Shown here: in pieces, positions 38,950 through 53,140 of the stretch
Layout: each line of letters opens with the position of its first letter
Numbering within the stretch: position 1 is the first letter of the stretch
Source of the DNA: Eledone cirrhosa
Lineage: Eukaryota
Reading direction: 5' to 3'
NCBI GenBank assembly: GCA_964016885.1
Contig: OZ024752.1
Location: 8,122,001 to 8,186,000 of the forward strand
Length of the DNA: 64,000 nt
The notes under the pieces: model-generated
Told to the model about the DNA's origin: nothing
The model's input: only the letters and a program-made list of their open reading frames with translations
Databases searched by the model: none
Position numbers and translations under genes: made by a program

Positions 38950-39592
38950 TATTGGTGGATCGGCAGTATCGGTAGAGGGTTGGACGCCATGCTTTGTAGC
39001 ATAGAGTTACGTCCCTTTACAGCCTGAGTTCAAATCTCGCCGTGGTTAACTTTGCCTTTCATCCTTACGCGGTTGATAAAATAAAATACCAGTAATGCAC
39101 TGGTATAATTGCTGGCCTTGTGCCAAAAGTAGAAACAATTATTTTTATTACTAAGGTAATGACTTAACAGTATCAGTAGAGCATCAGACAAAATGCATTG
39201 TGGTATTCAGTTAGGACGTTCTATGTTCTGAGTTGAAATCCTGCTGAAGTCAACATTGCCATCTCATCCATCCACTGTTGATAAAGTACCAGTTAAGTAC
39301 TGAGGTTGATATAACCAACATTGCGCTTCCCCCAAATTGCTGACCTTGTGCTAATGTTAGAAATATTATTAGGGCAGAGAATTGACAGAATCGTTAGAGC
39401 ATAGGACAAAATGCCATGTGGTATTTGTTCCAGCTGTTTACGGTCCGAGTTCAAATCTCGCAACGGTTAACTTGGCCTTTTAACCATCTAGGGTCGATAA
39501 AATAAAGTACCAATTGAATACTGGGGTCAAGAGAATCGACTTTCCTCATCTCTCAAAACTGCTGGCCTTATGCCTACATTAGAAACCATTAT
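38950..39592 (+). mobile_element. Three head-to-tail SINEs (second family)
   Basis: B boxes near 39026, 39230 and 39448; each unit ends in ggccttgtgcc..agaaac..attatt. Confidence 0.75.
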
Positions 39593-42209
39593 TACTAGTG
39601 AGAGTAGGAAAGATAGTGTCCATAATTTTGCAGGCCCTCACAATTGATGCTCAGCTTAATGCTCTATAGGTTGATGCCTGGAAGTAAAAGATGGACAAAG
39701 AGGTAATTGTAGAGATGTAGTTCTGGAGGAATAATTGAGTGGATTACAAGAAAAGAAGCAGGTGTAACCAGTAAGCTTGGGCAGAGATAAGTACTTAATT
39801 CAGAGGAGTAAAAACTAGTGTGATAGCAGAGAAAGAAGAAACTTTTTTTTTTCAAGAAACAGTTCTATACGAGCGAGACACGGTCATCCGACCAAACTTG
39901 CCTCAAATGGTACAGACCCGTCTAACCCAAGCTCGCATGGAATATAGACATTAAATGATGATGTGACTAACACATTAATGGGTATTTGCCAATGAGCTAA
40001 GCAGTTGTTTTCTTTTCATGCAGTGTAGCAGCAGCACTATCTCAAGTATATCTATTTTTTATGTTTGTTAGGGAAGGAGAAACACGGCCCAGAACCTTTC
40101 CAGATGTGGCTGATACGAGGGCAGGTTGGATTGCAGTTTTAAGAAAGAAGAACTGGATAAGGTGTGTCCTGTGAGGCTTAAGAGATGAGACACTAAAAGT
40201 ATTAATTAAGAACCTCAGGTGAAGATATGCAGGTAAGTTCAGAAAAGGAGGCCACTGAAGAGACATGTCCATAGAAACCAACTAAAGAGCTCAGTGAGCA
40301 ATGGAGAAAACACTGTCATGGATTGGGTTGGAGTGATTAAGAATATATTTACACATGGGATCATGTGGATGTTAAACAATGAAAATCCTTGCATGTCCTA
40401 AGATACAATTATAGTGGCTGGTGTCAGGAAAGGCATCTTGGTCATAAAACACTACCTCAGAATATTCCATCCCATATTATGGTAAACATAAAAATAATGA
40501 TTGAAAATCACTGCATACACTTGGTAGTGAAACAGAGAATTAGAAGCATTATCATTTTATGTCCACTGTCCAGGCTGGCATGGGTTGGACAGGTTGTCAC
40601 AGTTCAAACCCAGATAGGTCAGAGCAACCAATATTGCTTGTTACCTTCTATATTTGCAATGGCTGGATGCCCTTCCTAATGCCAAGCACCTAACAAGGTG
40701 TACTGGTACATTTTTTTGTGACACCAGCACTACAACTTTACAGAGTAGATGAGGTGCATTTTATCGTGGTACTAACACTAACACTTTACAGAGTGTACTG
40801 GTGCATTTTATTGTGGCACTAACACTAGAGAGTTTCTTACATGTTAGGCAAGACTGAAGAGTCCTCTCGTGGTCTTCATTTGATTGCCAAACACTATAGC
40901 CTCTGGTCACTCACTGTTTACTTTTAGAGGGAAGAAAATATGTCTAAGATAGTTTTAACCAGTTATATGATAAAGTACAAGATAGTTCAAGAGACATAGG
41001 TTGTTAAAGATATAACAATAAAACATTAATTATATTGATAGAGATCAAACAATCTGATGGGTCAGAAGCATTGGTGGTTGGGTCTTTTGAGTCTTTTGAT
41101 TTAGTGTCAGTCAAGAATACAGTGAACACAAATGTTCTAGTATTTAGGATGTTGAACTTACAATCATAAGGCTGTGAGTTCAATTCTTGGATTGGACAGT
41201 GCATCATGTTCTTGAGTAAGATGATTTATTTAACACCCAAGAAACCTATTAGAGAACAGTTTCTAGGGAGTTATGACTGGTGTACCCAGATTTAAGGGTG
41301 GGAGATAAAGAATAATATATTTCCAAGTCAGAGAAATACTGGAGGAACTATACCATATTTGAACATAGAAATGTAAAAAGAAATCTTGAGTACTAGCAGA
41401 GTGGACTCAAGTTTAGCATAAGGATTATAGTTTTAATGTATTCATCACAAGTGTTTTTAATATCTACCAAAGTAAATGATAAGTTCCTCAATCTGGCCCG
41501 ATGCTATAACCACTCCTGGACAATACAAAAACTTATGTAAATCTGTGATACCAGGAAATGCTACAATTGTAAAAGCAATAAATCATCAAGGAAGAATCTT
41601 ATTCTTCATTTTACTTTTGCGACTAAACACGAGATTGCTTGCTGATCAGTGTGTGATATAAAATAACCTTAACGCTTATACCAAACATCCACAAAGCTGT
41701 TTATTCTAAAACTTCCCATCATAATTTTATGGAAGAACTATTAAGTTATACTCCAGACACCAACTTAATAATGAGAAACTTGGTTATATTACAAAATTCC
41801 TCTAAATTCTTGAATATTTTCAAAATTACTTAAAAATCATAGACAATATTTTTTATTAGAAATTGCTATTTGTTGAGATATTTTGTCCAAGGAAAGATGA
41901 GTTCTGGAGGAAAAATGATCGGTTTATTACTATGAAAGGACACCCCAAATCCTAGTTCCATTGAGGATCATCAGTTTCAAGATTGAGTGTAACTTCATGT
42001 TAGGGAGGTGAGATGAGGATTTAACTATTGAAGTTTTAAGCAAAAGAATGGTTAGGATTGCCATCACAATGATGGCATGGATTAGATAGATCGTCACATC
42101 CTGAGACTAGACACATCATATGAACACATTTTGGCATGGCTGCTACAGCAGGGTAACCTTCCTAACGCCAAACATTTTTCAGCATATACTGGATGTATTT
42201 TAACATAGA

Positions 42210-42436
42210 TGACACCAGTACTATCATTTTACAGAGTAGGCCGGGTAAATATTACCGTGGCACCAGCACTACCACTATTTTATAGAGTAGGCCAGGTAAA
42301 TATTACCGTGGCACCAGCACTACCACTATTTTATAGAGTAGGATGGGTAAATATTACCGTGGCACCAACACTACCACTATTTTATAGAGTAGGTTGGGTA
42401 AATAAATATTACCGTGGCACCAACACTACCACTATT
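42210..42436. repeat. ~51-bp tandem repeat derived from a SINE body
   Basis: Four copies of gcaccagcactaccactattttatagagtagg..gggtaaatattaccgtg. Confidence 0.85.
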
Positions 42437-42894
42437 TCATCTAGTATATTAGTTTTCAAAACAATTATCATATAGAATCAATAAGAAAAATCAATCCAAT
42501 GATTATAAATATATTTTATACTCCTTTACTAGTGGCAGCCATGCTGGAGCACCAACATCAGCCAATCATATAGACACTAGTATTTATTCTATTGATCTCT
42601 TTGTCCAACTGCCAAGCTACATGACACAAACGCATAACATAATGAACCTCTGCAGTTTCTCTCAACCAAACCCAACCCACAAGACATTGGTCAATCTGAA
42701 GCTACAGTACAAGACATTTGCTCAAGGTGCCACACACAGTGGTACTAAATCTGAAACCCTGTGGTAGCTATGATGTGAACTTGGTGTTTTTTGCAATGGA
42801 AAAGTAAGATTTATTAAGGGTTAAATTATTTCTGAGAAAAGAGACACCCATTTAGGGCAGTAACTAAACAAACCTTGTGGTTGTAATTGTTTAA

Positions 42895-43134
42895 CCCTTT
42901 AGCATTTAAACTGACCATATCCAGCCAGAATTCTCTCACCTCTTTCTGTTCAAATCAGCTACTCATACTTATGTTAAGGTATTGTTCTCAGAATAAATAA
43001 TATCAAAATCTCATAGATTTGATATTATATAGTATATTGTATACTGTGAAAATACAAAATCTCATAGATTTGATATTATATAGAATACTGTAAAAATACA
43101 ATAGTATACACAGAGTAATGTAACTGGTAAAGGG
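42895..43134. mobile_element. piggyBac-type MITE with internal duplication
   Basis: TTAA on both ends; caaaatctcatagatttgatattatatag occurs twice. Confidence 0.8.
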
Positions 43135-43527
43135 TTAACATTGCTAGGGGTAATGTAATCATCGAACGGGTTTCAAACTTATTTAGTGGAGAAGATATTT
43201 GTCACTGTTCATTGTTGTATGTTTAGCCTGAAACCTATGAGGTTCTAGCTCATAGGTTTCTTAGATGTTTTGATGAGAGGAACCCTAGTCTTATTAATCT
43301 GAGATATATTGAACCAAGTTTCTAACAGCTTCTTAACAGTTTTTGCCAACAACTATGTCAAGATATCATTTACCTCTCCACATGTTGGTATGGACTGGAC
43401 AAGACATTTGCTAGTTTTTCTATGGCTACATGCACATCATCATGCCAATCTGTACTTTTATATATAATATATACCAGTGACCTTCATTGAATTGCAGGGC
43501 ATAAACAAACATCACAGCTTGCTTAAA

Positions 43528-43783
43528 CCCTTTACCATTTACATTACTCTATATATATACTATTGTATTTTCACAGTAAAGGCTTTATCTTACATAATAT
43601 CTCATAACATTTACATTACTCTATATTTACTATTGTATTTTCACCTCACATAACATCAAATCTATGAGATTTTGATATTTATTGTGAGAACAATACCTTA
43701 AGATAAGTATGAGGGGCTAGTTACAGCCAGTTTGAAGAGAAAGAGGTGAGAGAATTCTGGCCAGATATGGTTGGTTTAAATGG
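43528..43783. mobile_element. piggyBac-type MITE with duplicated terminal unit
   Basis: catttacattactctatat..tattgtattttcac occurs twice in tandem. Confidence 0.75.
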
Positions 43784-44009
43784 TGACATGGAGAGATACA
43801 TATAGAACCAAGCACACAAACTATACGTCTTTACATCAGACTTCCACAAAGTTTTACCCTATATATGTAATAACAGCCAGGTTGATTAGATGTTGATTTG
43901 GGAAATAATCGGGTATCAACCAAACAAAATACATATTTTATATATACTAACACACACGCATATATATTTAATACATGATATATATATATAATATCTATAT
44001 ATTTATATA

Positions 44010-44048
44010 TGAGCTGATGAACCGAATAAGGTGAAACAATTGTTCTTG
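44010..44048 (+). ncRNA. Minimal type I hammerhead ribozyme, canonical core, 5'-truncated stem I
   Basis: UGAG CUGAUGA ACC-gaauaa-GGU GAAA CAAUUG UU / CUUG; palindromic stem III; flanked by TA tracts. Confidence 0.7.
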
Positions 44049-44280
44049 GTAATGGTGAACTGTTGTAGAACTACTATATATATATATATATAAATGAAAA
44101 TAGAGAAATTAATGTGAGCAAGAAGCCAACAGTAATTCATACATATAAGTGACTATTACGTCAAGATGGAAAATATTTAACGTAAGATATGGGAAAATAA
44201 TTCAATCTCAATTCAAAAAAAGTCATGAAAAATTTTATCCACAGATTTTGTGTAACATATATATATATATATTATATATA

Positions 44281-44540
44281 GAGTTATAAACTCAAATAGT
44301 CCTTTACAATTAAATAGTTCAAAGAAAGGAATATTTCTGAGCCGTGTAATACAAATGAATATATGATAGGGATAAACACTGATACAAGTATACATGTGTT
44401 TGCATTGCAAATGACCAAGTTAGCTAGATTGAAAAATACTAATTATTTTAATTAGTATTTTTCAATCTAGCTAACTTGGTCATTTGCAATGCAAACACAT
44501 GTATACTTGTATCAGTGTTTATCCCTATCATATATTCATT

Positions 44541-44545
<5 letters not shown>
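44281..44545 (-). mobile_element. (TA)n-embedded foldback C: perfect 97-bp arms plus a 68-nt tail
   Basis: 44349-44445 is the exact reverse complement of 44449-44545; 3-nt loop. Confidence 0.85.
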
Positions 44546-44588
<43 letters not shown>

Positions 44589-47337
44589 TGTATATAAATA
44601 TACAGGCAAAAGAAAATATTCTTAATCCTATATTAAAGATTATTCAGTAAAGATCTTAATAGATATTTTATTATAATGCACTTTCAAGCAATCAGGAAAT
44701 AGAATCATTAGTTCTCTGCACCTATTGCTTCGATGAACACGTGTGATGGTGTTCATAATTGAAATACATGTGAGATTTAAACAATACGGAGGGGGGGGGG
44801 GATATCGGTTTTACAATATTTTCTCTTTAGTATATATTTTTCTAATCCTTCTACTACACTTTTGTATCGTAATTACAACATAGTTGGCTAACTCCTACTT
44901 TTACAACCCATGTTAGCAGGGCAAAAAGGGCCTTAAATGATCGTGATGATGAACAAGCCATTTTACCCCCACCCCCACGGAAAACTGTGTATTTATCATC
45001 TGATGGTAAACTGATGATACAATATAGTACGAAACTAAAGAGAAGGAAGACAGAAAATTAGAGTAGAAGGACGGAAATATGAAACATACTGAATATAATC
45101 GAACTGAGAAACACAATACCGAAGAAAGCAATTGTTATATCGACAACAACGCTTCATGTCTTGAGATGAAGCATCGATTTCTTCGACAGGTTTTCGACTA
45201 AAGTGTGGACTAATAACTAATCTACAAGATCAAGAAGGCAAATTATTGAAAATAAAGACCCGATGTTGTACAGCAATTGAAAAATATATTTTCTACTTAA
45301 AACAAAGTGGTAGTAGTCGTTAAGTACGTATCTTTATAAAAATGAAAAGTAGATACTACCAAATATAACAATAATAACCCCCACCCCACTCCAGTGTATT
45401 ACTGGTACTGGGGTACTATATTTTATCGACCCCCGTAAGGATGAAAGGCAAAGCTGACCTCGGTGGGATTTGAATCATGGAAAATAATTCAGGCTCAAGT
45501 GAAAGTAATGAGTTGCTGGTCTAAAGAGCTTAAGCCAGTGGTTAGAGAGGTTGGCCGTGAAGCTTCTAACTCAACATTGAAATTTTACACAACTAGAACT
45601 AGTAAATTTTTTTTTAAAACTAAGCTTGTTTAAAAGAGAGAAATGTTCTATGTGGTTACGTAATATAACACAATGTAAATATACAGTGTAGGAGCATAAA
45701 CAAAAAATAATGAAAGCAACATCATCTGATCTAGTGACCTAATAAATTAAAGCGCCAAATAACCATAAAACTATATTGGAGATGTGCTGACACCATATTG
45801 TCAAATTAGTTAATACTAGCAATCACTAAACATGCAATATAAGTCATGTACGATCTTGAAATAAATATATAGTAAATATTAAGATATATTCTTATAAAAA
45901 CAAAACAACGCTTATTGAAGCCAAGTTTAAGAAGAACGCTTCGATTACTGTAAATTAATCAGTGAAAGACTATTTCTAAATGGACAAGTCAAAATCTAGT
46001 TGTGGTCTTTATAAGACATCTGGTAGAATTCAATATTATTTATTAGCAAAGTCAAAGAGAATATTTCAAGTGAAAGAACACAAGATAATTTTATCTGAGA
46101 ACATTCTCCGTGATTATATTTTATGTTTATACGCAGCGCTTAATGAACATCATAAAGTATGGAAGAACATATATTTAGGCTTCGTTATCAAATATATAAA
46201 CATAACATGACATTCAAGCGAAGAATGACAAAAATTGGATTAATACTATAATAAATAAGTAAGTTATAGGCGAACGGAGTATAAAAAAATATGTATGGTG
46301 TCCCACAAGGTTCTGCACATCCACCTGGATAAAAACCAGATATGTCTCACATTACGTTGCTGAAAATCGTTAAGAATATTATAATTTTTACCTGAGCGAG
46401 GTACGAAACCAAAAAGGCTGTCTTCGATCGGAAATCATATTAGGTATAATAAATAAAATTAGAGTATATAATATTTAATAACATTTAATTAAAAACAATA
46501 TTTTAGTACGAATACATAATTTATGTATAGCCAGAATGAAACGACGGAACGTGTGTCTGACAGCCACGGAAATAAGTAAAATACAATAAATAGTTGGAGT
46601 TAAATGTATTAGGAGTTGGGTTTAACTGTTATTTAATTAGCAATTTTAAAATAAGCTTATGAATACAGAGATCAAAGATCATAAATTTCGAGAGTAAGTT
46701 AACAGTAACATAAACGTACCAGCGCAATCAAAATCAACATTAATTTATTGATAATCAATTAATATTGTATATCGATTAAACTTCAATCAGCTTCATAAGT
46801 AAAAGATTATAAAGTCGTCAATAAATGTGAAACCATATTTTAACATTTCGTACAAGCAAATGTAAATATACTCGATAAGCAGAATGCATATACTTTTTGG
46901 AAATCTGCCGAAAACGGGCGAGATAACAAATCAATAAAAGAAAATATATCGATTTAATTATTTATATGGTCTCTGGGGTAACATGGGATAACCCAGATCC
47001 ATAATCAACATGACCAGATCCCATCATGGCCGACATTCAGTCGACTTTAACAAAAACTATCACTGGATTCGACGACGAACACGAAGCAAGAAAAAACACA
47101 TGGCGAAGTTGAATAAAATATCATCTTTTGAAAATCTATTGATGTTAGATATATTTCACCAAGAATTGTCCGAAAGCCCCTCTCGTAGCATGTCACCGAA
47201 TAAGAAAATAATATGGTGCCGATACAAAGCATGAAACATTTCCTACAATCACAATACGCATACTTCTAGAAAGCAATGAATTATGTCTTAATAAGACAAA
47301 ATAATTATCGAAATCAATTCAAATATATAAAACTTAC

Positions 47338-47500
47338 CATATTAATCAAGAATCAAACATCCGGGTAGCAATTAAATCCGTTTCTTACGCTCCAAATGCC
47401 AACACGGTCGGAGCACACCATCCATTGCCAAGAGTAAGTCTCTGCAGAAACAAAAATGGCGTCATTTCTTCCCCAGGCTTTCGTAGATTTACATCCGGGT
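47338..47500 (-). promoter_or_regulatory. Candidate transcription start region and first exon of a minus-strand gene
   Basis: Strong donor ATG|GTAAGT at 47340-47332; YY1-like caaaaatggcg at 47451-47461; repeated catccgggt; CpG-retaining, repeat-free context. Confidence 0.5.
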
Positions 47501-47799
47501 AATCCCAACACTGACCTCTCAGCTACCATGACCTCTATCGTACTCAGAATGGTCAGCGAGTCTCGTCAAATAGCACAAAGCAATTAATTAATAATGTCAG
47601 TCATTTCTTATTATTCCATTCTTTTATAAAAATTATTATTTTGTTTTGTTTTTTTTCGTAAAACTGCATTCATAAATGAAAACATATTCCATCGTATTTC
47701 TATATCGATCTACATTTTTCTCTCACTTCTTATCAGCAATTCTCACAAGATGAGTTTGTTCGTCTATTCTGTAAAATAGTTATTTTAAAAATATTTTTG

Positions 47800-48520
47800 T
47801 ATAATTCAGGCGGGAATATCTGTTAGCCGGATAAGAATGCTTATGATGTAGTGACTTCCCGACTGTCAGTCAGGCTAACCCATTATGCTAATATATTCTG
47901 ACGTTTATTAACGTTACCGAAAGAAAGCCGCCAACCAACGTGACGCCGAATGACGTTTGATGCAACTAAAGCGAAAGGAATAAATAAACAAAAAAGCTAC
48001 TTTAACAGATAACAATAATCGGAGAAAACGGTGAAGAAATGTGAGAATGAGCGAAGAAGTGAAAAGTGGAAGGAAGAATAAAGTAGTAGTGAGAGGTTGA
48101 GTACGTGTTCGTCGATAATGCCTGCTGCGTGTTGAGGAAAAAAATGAGCTGCGCTCAACTCGTTCGTCTCTTACTCATTTACTCTTTCAGTCAACCAGTA
48201 ACTCGCTTATTTATTTTCTCTCTATCTCCCTCCCTCCTCCCTTGTACTCGCTCGCTTGCTCGCTTTTTCACTTATTCCCTGAGTGACTAGCTCGCTTGCT
48301 CACTCACTATATCTCTCTTTTAATTAACTAACTCATTCACTGCTGATCGTCTGCCCAGCTTGCTAGCCAATATAGGCAAACTATTAAGCGACAATGTAGG
48401 TCACGCTGGCTGATGACGAGAACTGCAATGATGGTGGTACCCACTGACGTCAACACTCATTCAACACACGTTTTCCATACCAGAAAATAAAAATGGCGCT
48501 TACTCTTACTTCTACTCTTT
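47800..48520 (+). promoter_or_regulatory. Promoter-like motif cluster (possible divergent promoter)
   Basis: CRE palindrome tgacgtca at 48445-48452, YY1-like aaaatggcg at 48490-48498, many CpGs. Confidence 0.35.
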
Positions 48521-51500
48521 TCTCCCCATCAATTTCCTTTGATTTTCTTTCTATTATTGCCTGGCCTTCTCTATCTTTCCCGTCTGCATTGAAGCCATCA
48601 CATTAACAATTACTATTTACTAATTAAAATAACGCGTGCTAACACTCTCAAGTACTCGAATAGGCAAATATTACACTTTAGGGTACTTTAAAGTGCAACT
48701 GAGCAATTTTTTGAAGTTTCAAAATAAACATGAACATGTAAACAAATGATAGAAATCATTATTGTTATTTTCCGTTCTGAGTTCAAATCCCACCGAGGTT
48801 AACTTTGCCTTTCATCCTTACAGGGTCGATAAAATAAAGTACCAGTAATGCACTGGGATAATTGCTGGCCTTGTGCCAAAAGTAGAAACATTATTGAGCT
48901 GATAAAATGAAGTACCAGTCAAATACCTGGGTCAACATAATCGACTTCCCCTTCCCCCAAAATTGCTGGCCTTGTGCCTTAATTAAACACCAGTGTTGTT
49001 GGTGCTGGTAGTAGTGGCGTGGGCGGTGTAAATACCAGTAATATAATTGGTTCGATTCAATTGGCCATATATCGTACCATTTCAGAAGATATCAGCAACA
49101 CTATCATGTCAAAGACAACGTCTTCGGTTTTGTTTGTTACATTGTCCATGGGAGATTTACATTGAAACTTGTATGATTTGCAGTCTGGACAACGATGTAA
49201 AGGAATCAGAGTAACTACATAGTGTTCGGGGTCGGAAATGGATAGATATATGGAAAGGTTTTGAACCTATTGCAATAAATGATGTACTATCTCACAACTC
49301 TCTGTAACAGGAAAGTGGTGAATACAAGCTATATTGGAAACAACTTTGGAAGTGTATTGTATGCTTTAGTTATACTATTCATATAGAAACTAATCAATAA
49401 AGATGTTAAGTATTGCCAGCTTGGCTTCAGAAATATAATCACTACAATTCAAAGAGACTAGTGACAATAAACGTTGGCAAAAGCCAATATGGTTAAAAGC
49501 ACAAATTTAATAGTATGTCTTGAAGAAAGGAATATCTATCTTTTTCTGAAAGAAAAGCTCTATAAGAAACATTAGATTTTTTTTGTAGGGGTTTACTGTT
49601 TTCGAGAATATTTGCCATTAAAGCATGTCATAGCTTCAGGTGTTTTTCATGTTATGAAGTTAATAAAGAAAACTGGACAACAGCATCATTCGCCAAGTTT
49701 GCTCTGATGAGAGCTAAATAACTACTGTTATCTAAAAATATATTAAAACATTGTTGTTTTTATGTAGCTTTGTACGAAAGAAACAGACGAAGTAGGTCAA
49801 GTTATATCTGACTGATGAATAAGCGAATTAAGAGACTTGAATGTCTCATATTACTACTAAACCGACATGATTCCTGCAGATGATTATTGATTTTGATTAA
49901 GTCAGGTTTCTGAATTATTAATTTAGAATTTATTTTCAAAATGCTATCGGAAACAAAATGTTGTCTTAATCTTAAATAATTTCTCATGAATTCTTTAGTA
50001 ATAATTATAGCTGTCTAGTTTCGTAGTTGTACTCTGTTATTGTTGAACCACGGTTGTTGACCTACATTTTTTTGTTTTTGGGGGAGTTTTATTGTTTTTT
50101 TTTAATAATTTAACCGTTATTTTACAGGAAATATTGCAGTCGGTATCTGGTCTTTCATTTTCAGATTTCAATCTAGTTTAAAAATTGAAAGCCAGATACT
50201 AACTACATCATATATACAACTTACAATTTTAGACATGGATAACTGCCCAACATCTCAATTTAATTTGATTAATCATTGCATCAGATACATATTTCATTAT
50301 CAACTCTCATCTGTTGTCTTTCTCTTTGTAATTCGTTCTTAACGATTTTCTATAAAACTGTTAAAGCAAAGATAGTAAAGACAAATGAAATTAGATCTTT
50401 TTTTATATATATTTTTTAAAAGATGTATTTAGTTATGTGTTTAAACGTAAATGTAGTCATATAACCAAACAGCTTTATCTTCAGACCCTAATAAGTGATA
50501 TTGATTTTTCAAACAGTCACGTGTCATCGGCGTATAAAGAAGGGGAGGCGAGAATGTATGGCATTCATGCTTTTCTACGAAGAAATTATTTATGTAATGA
50601 ATTTATTTATTTATGAAATGAAACAATTTTAATGTGGAATTGAAATAAAGTTATTTCCATCTTATTTGAAAAAGAAAATACCTTGATAAATCCTATTCAG
50701 AGTTTATTACTAGAGCCCCCAAAGAATTAAAATAATAACCACTAGAATCCAAGGAGACTAATGGTAGACTGTTGTAATCTATTTCATAATGTCTTCTTCT
50801 GGTAAGAAGCACCTCGATGTTTTTCATATTCGGCCATATAAGGAGCCAACGGCAAAAATCAAAATGCATTCAGACAAGCTTCTTGCATACAATTATGACG
50901 TAAGAGGCAATGGCTGCCGTTGAAGACAAAAGCAAAAGACTATTTTTCACATAAATTTATATAGATTTAAATTTATATTTGAAAATTTTACGAAATTATA
51001 ACCTTTTTTTTTTAACGAATATTATTTACTGTAGTTTAATTAACTCCAAATACGAAATTATAATCATCGACATTAAATCTTATTTTCATAAAGAAAAAAG
51101 AATTTGTGAAATAATAATAAATATTGTGAATTTCGTTTAAAATCCTTAAAATATTGATTTCTTTTTAGGTGTTATAGCCATGCGAATTGATCTGGTTGCA
51201 ATTCATTAGCACGTAGATTGTTGATCTCTGAGGAATAAAAAAAAAACGGAGTTGATTCTTGTGAGATCTGAACTCGGAATTTTTAGATTAGAAACTGGCA
51301 ATAGCCAAGTAGCCTGCTTGACTGCCATCTTTCAAGGACACGTTCATTGTTCTTAACGATAGGGCGACTACTCATTCAGTAAAAATTAAACCACGTGTGC
51401 TTCAAATACCGTCTGTACACACTGAAAAGATTAGCAGGAAAAATGTATATAAATTTATTATGGAGAATGATGTTTTAAAAACAGAACAGAACGACAGCAT

Positions 51501-52496
51501 ATTTGGGGGGAAATGGGAGTAAGATTGGATGAAGCAGACTATCACTACTTTTATCACATTATAATCCTTCACTAAGATCATGTGGTATATTACATTAGTA
51601 ATCAAAGTTTATTGGCTTTACTCTGGAATCGAAACCCATTCGCAGATTCGACTCATGGGGAATATATTCCTGACGTTTCTCAGAAACATTCGAATATTAA
51701 AATAAAATATTTTAAATATAAGAAACCGAACATTTCACAACGCATTGCCTAAAGCCATTTGCTTTCTCGTAGAATGTTTTTGTTTCTGTATCAATTGATA
51801 TTGATTTGAAATAATTCCTGTTATAATTTTATTATGCGGAAAGACCAAACTTATTCACGCAGCAAATTGTAGAATTTACGAATAATGTATTTCCATTAAA
51901 AGATATTCATTATGACGCTTTTCTATTACCATAATTAAGACGTCGTATATACGGAGTTGTCTTCCTTGCTAGTATCATTGTGACACGTTAACTATTCTTT
52001 TGAATAGCAACTAAACGACAAACGAGAGTGAAAACAGAAAAAACTATGTTAGCAAATTATTTAATACATTTATAAGCAGTCGTCTTTTGCTAGTATTTAT
52101 TTAAGATGATTGTGTCGTTGAACTGATTTTCTATTCTATTCTATTATTCATATGATTCGGTGAGAGTGTAGGGCAGCGTCTATGACCTTATTACAGAGAC
52201 GCAGAGACTCGAGTTGGAAAAGGGACGAGGACGCCGCGACTCGTGGGTTTATCGCCAAACATGAGACCAATTTAGACTTCTTGTAAAAGAGAGGACTCTG
52301 TTTAATGTCACCAGCGAATTAGATGTTATGTTTAAATAATTGTTAAAATCCATCATTATTTATAACAAATGATATATAGACTTTTAAATAAATATTCAAG
52401 TCAATCGTTATTTATTATGAATAAAAACAGATCCAATATCTTTTAACCATTTCGTGACCATATTTCTAACTACCTTGGTCTTTTCATTATCAAAAG

Positions 52497-52530
<34 letters not shown>

Positions 52531-52699
52531 AGTGGAAGGGGAAGGCATGCACACTCAATCACGTGACACAAGGGACGCTGGAGATGTTTATTTGAGAAAG
52601 ACGGCTTATGACCTTAGCATGACATCTGAGACAGATTGATACAGACGCTACTGAGATTTAAAAGTTGCTAACCGACATTATTATCATCATCATCATCAA

Positions 52700-52905
52700 G
52701 GACGGAGGATTAGCAGTATTGGTAGAGCGTCGGACACCATGTTTTGTGGTATAAAGTTACGGCCCTTTACGTTCTGAGTTCGAATCCCGCCGAGGTTAGC
52801 TTTGCCTTTCATCCTTATGGGGTCGATAAAATAAAGTACCAGTAATGCACTGGGTCAATTTAATCGACTTTCCTCTCCCCTAAAATTGCTGGCCTTGTGC
52901 CAAAA
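52700..52905 (+). mobile_element. tRNA-derived SINE (second family), little CpG decay
   Basis: gagttcgaatccc B box and family core. Confidence 0.8.
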
Positions 52906-52957
52906 TCATGATGATGATGATGGTGGTGGTGGTATTTATGTCAACATTTCCATACTG

Positions 52958-53140
52958 CAGACGTGACAACTCTCCCCATTCGGCAGGGAGATCTCCCACC
53001 CACTTTGGAGTGGGTGAGAGATGTTTTCTCTTGTGAAAAATAGGTATAGCTTTCATTATGTAAAATCTCCCCACTTTGCCTCATTTCTCCCCTTTTTCCA
53101 TGGTACTCCCCGTTTAGGTTTTTAGAGGTTGGCATGTCTG
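52958..53140. mobile_element. hAT-like MITE
   Basis: TIR cagacgtgacaac / gttggcatgtctg; flanking direct repeat atactg; second inverted copy at 57388-57582. Confidence 0.75.

Noticed and set aside
43227-43282. 12-bp hairpin gaaacctatgag/ctcataggtttc followed by ttgatga, as a type II hammerhead
   Set aside because: The core starts with U rather than C and no credible stem I closes; kept only as a small hairpin.
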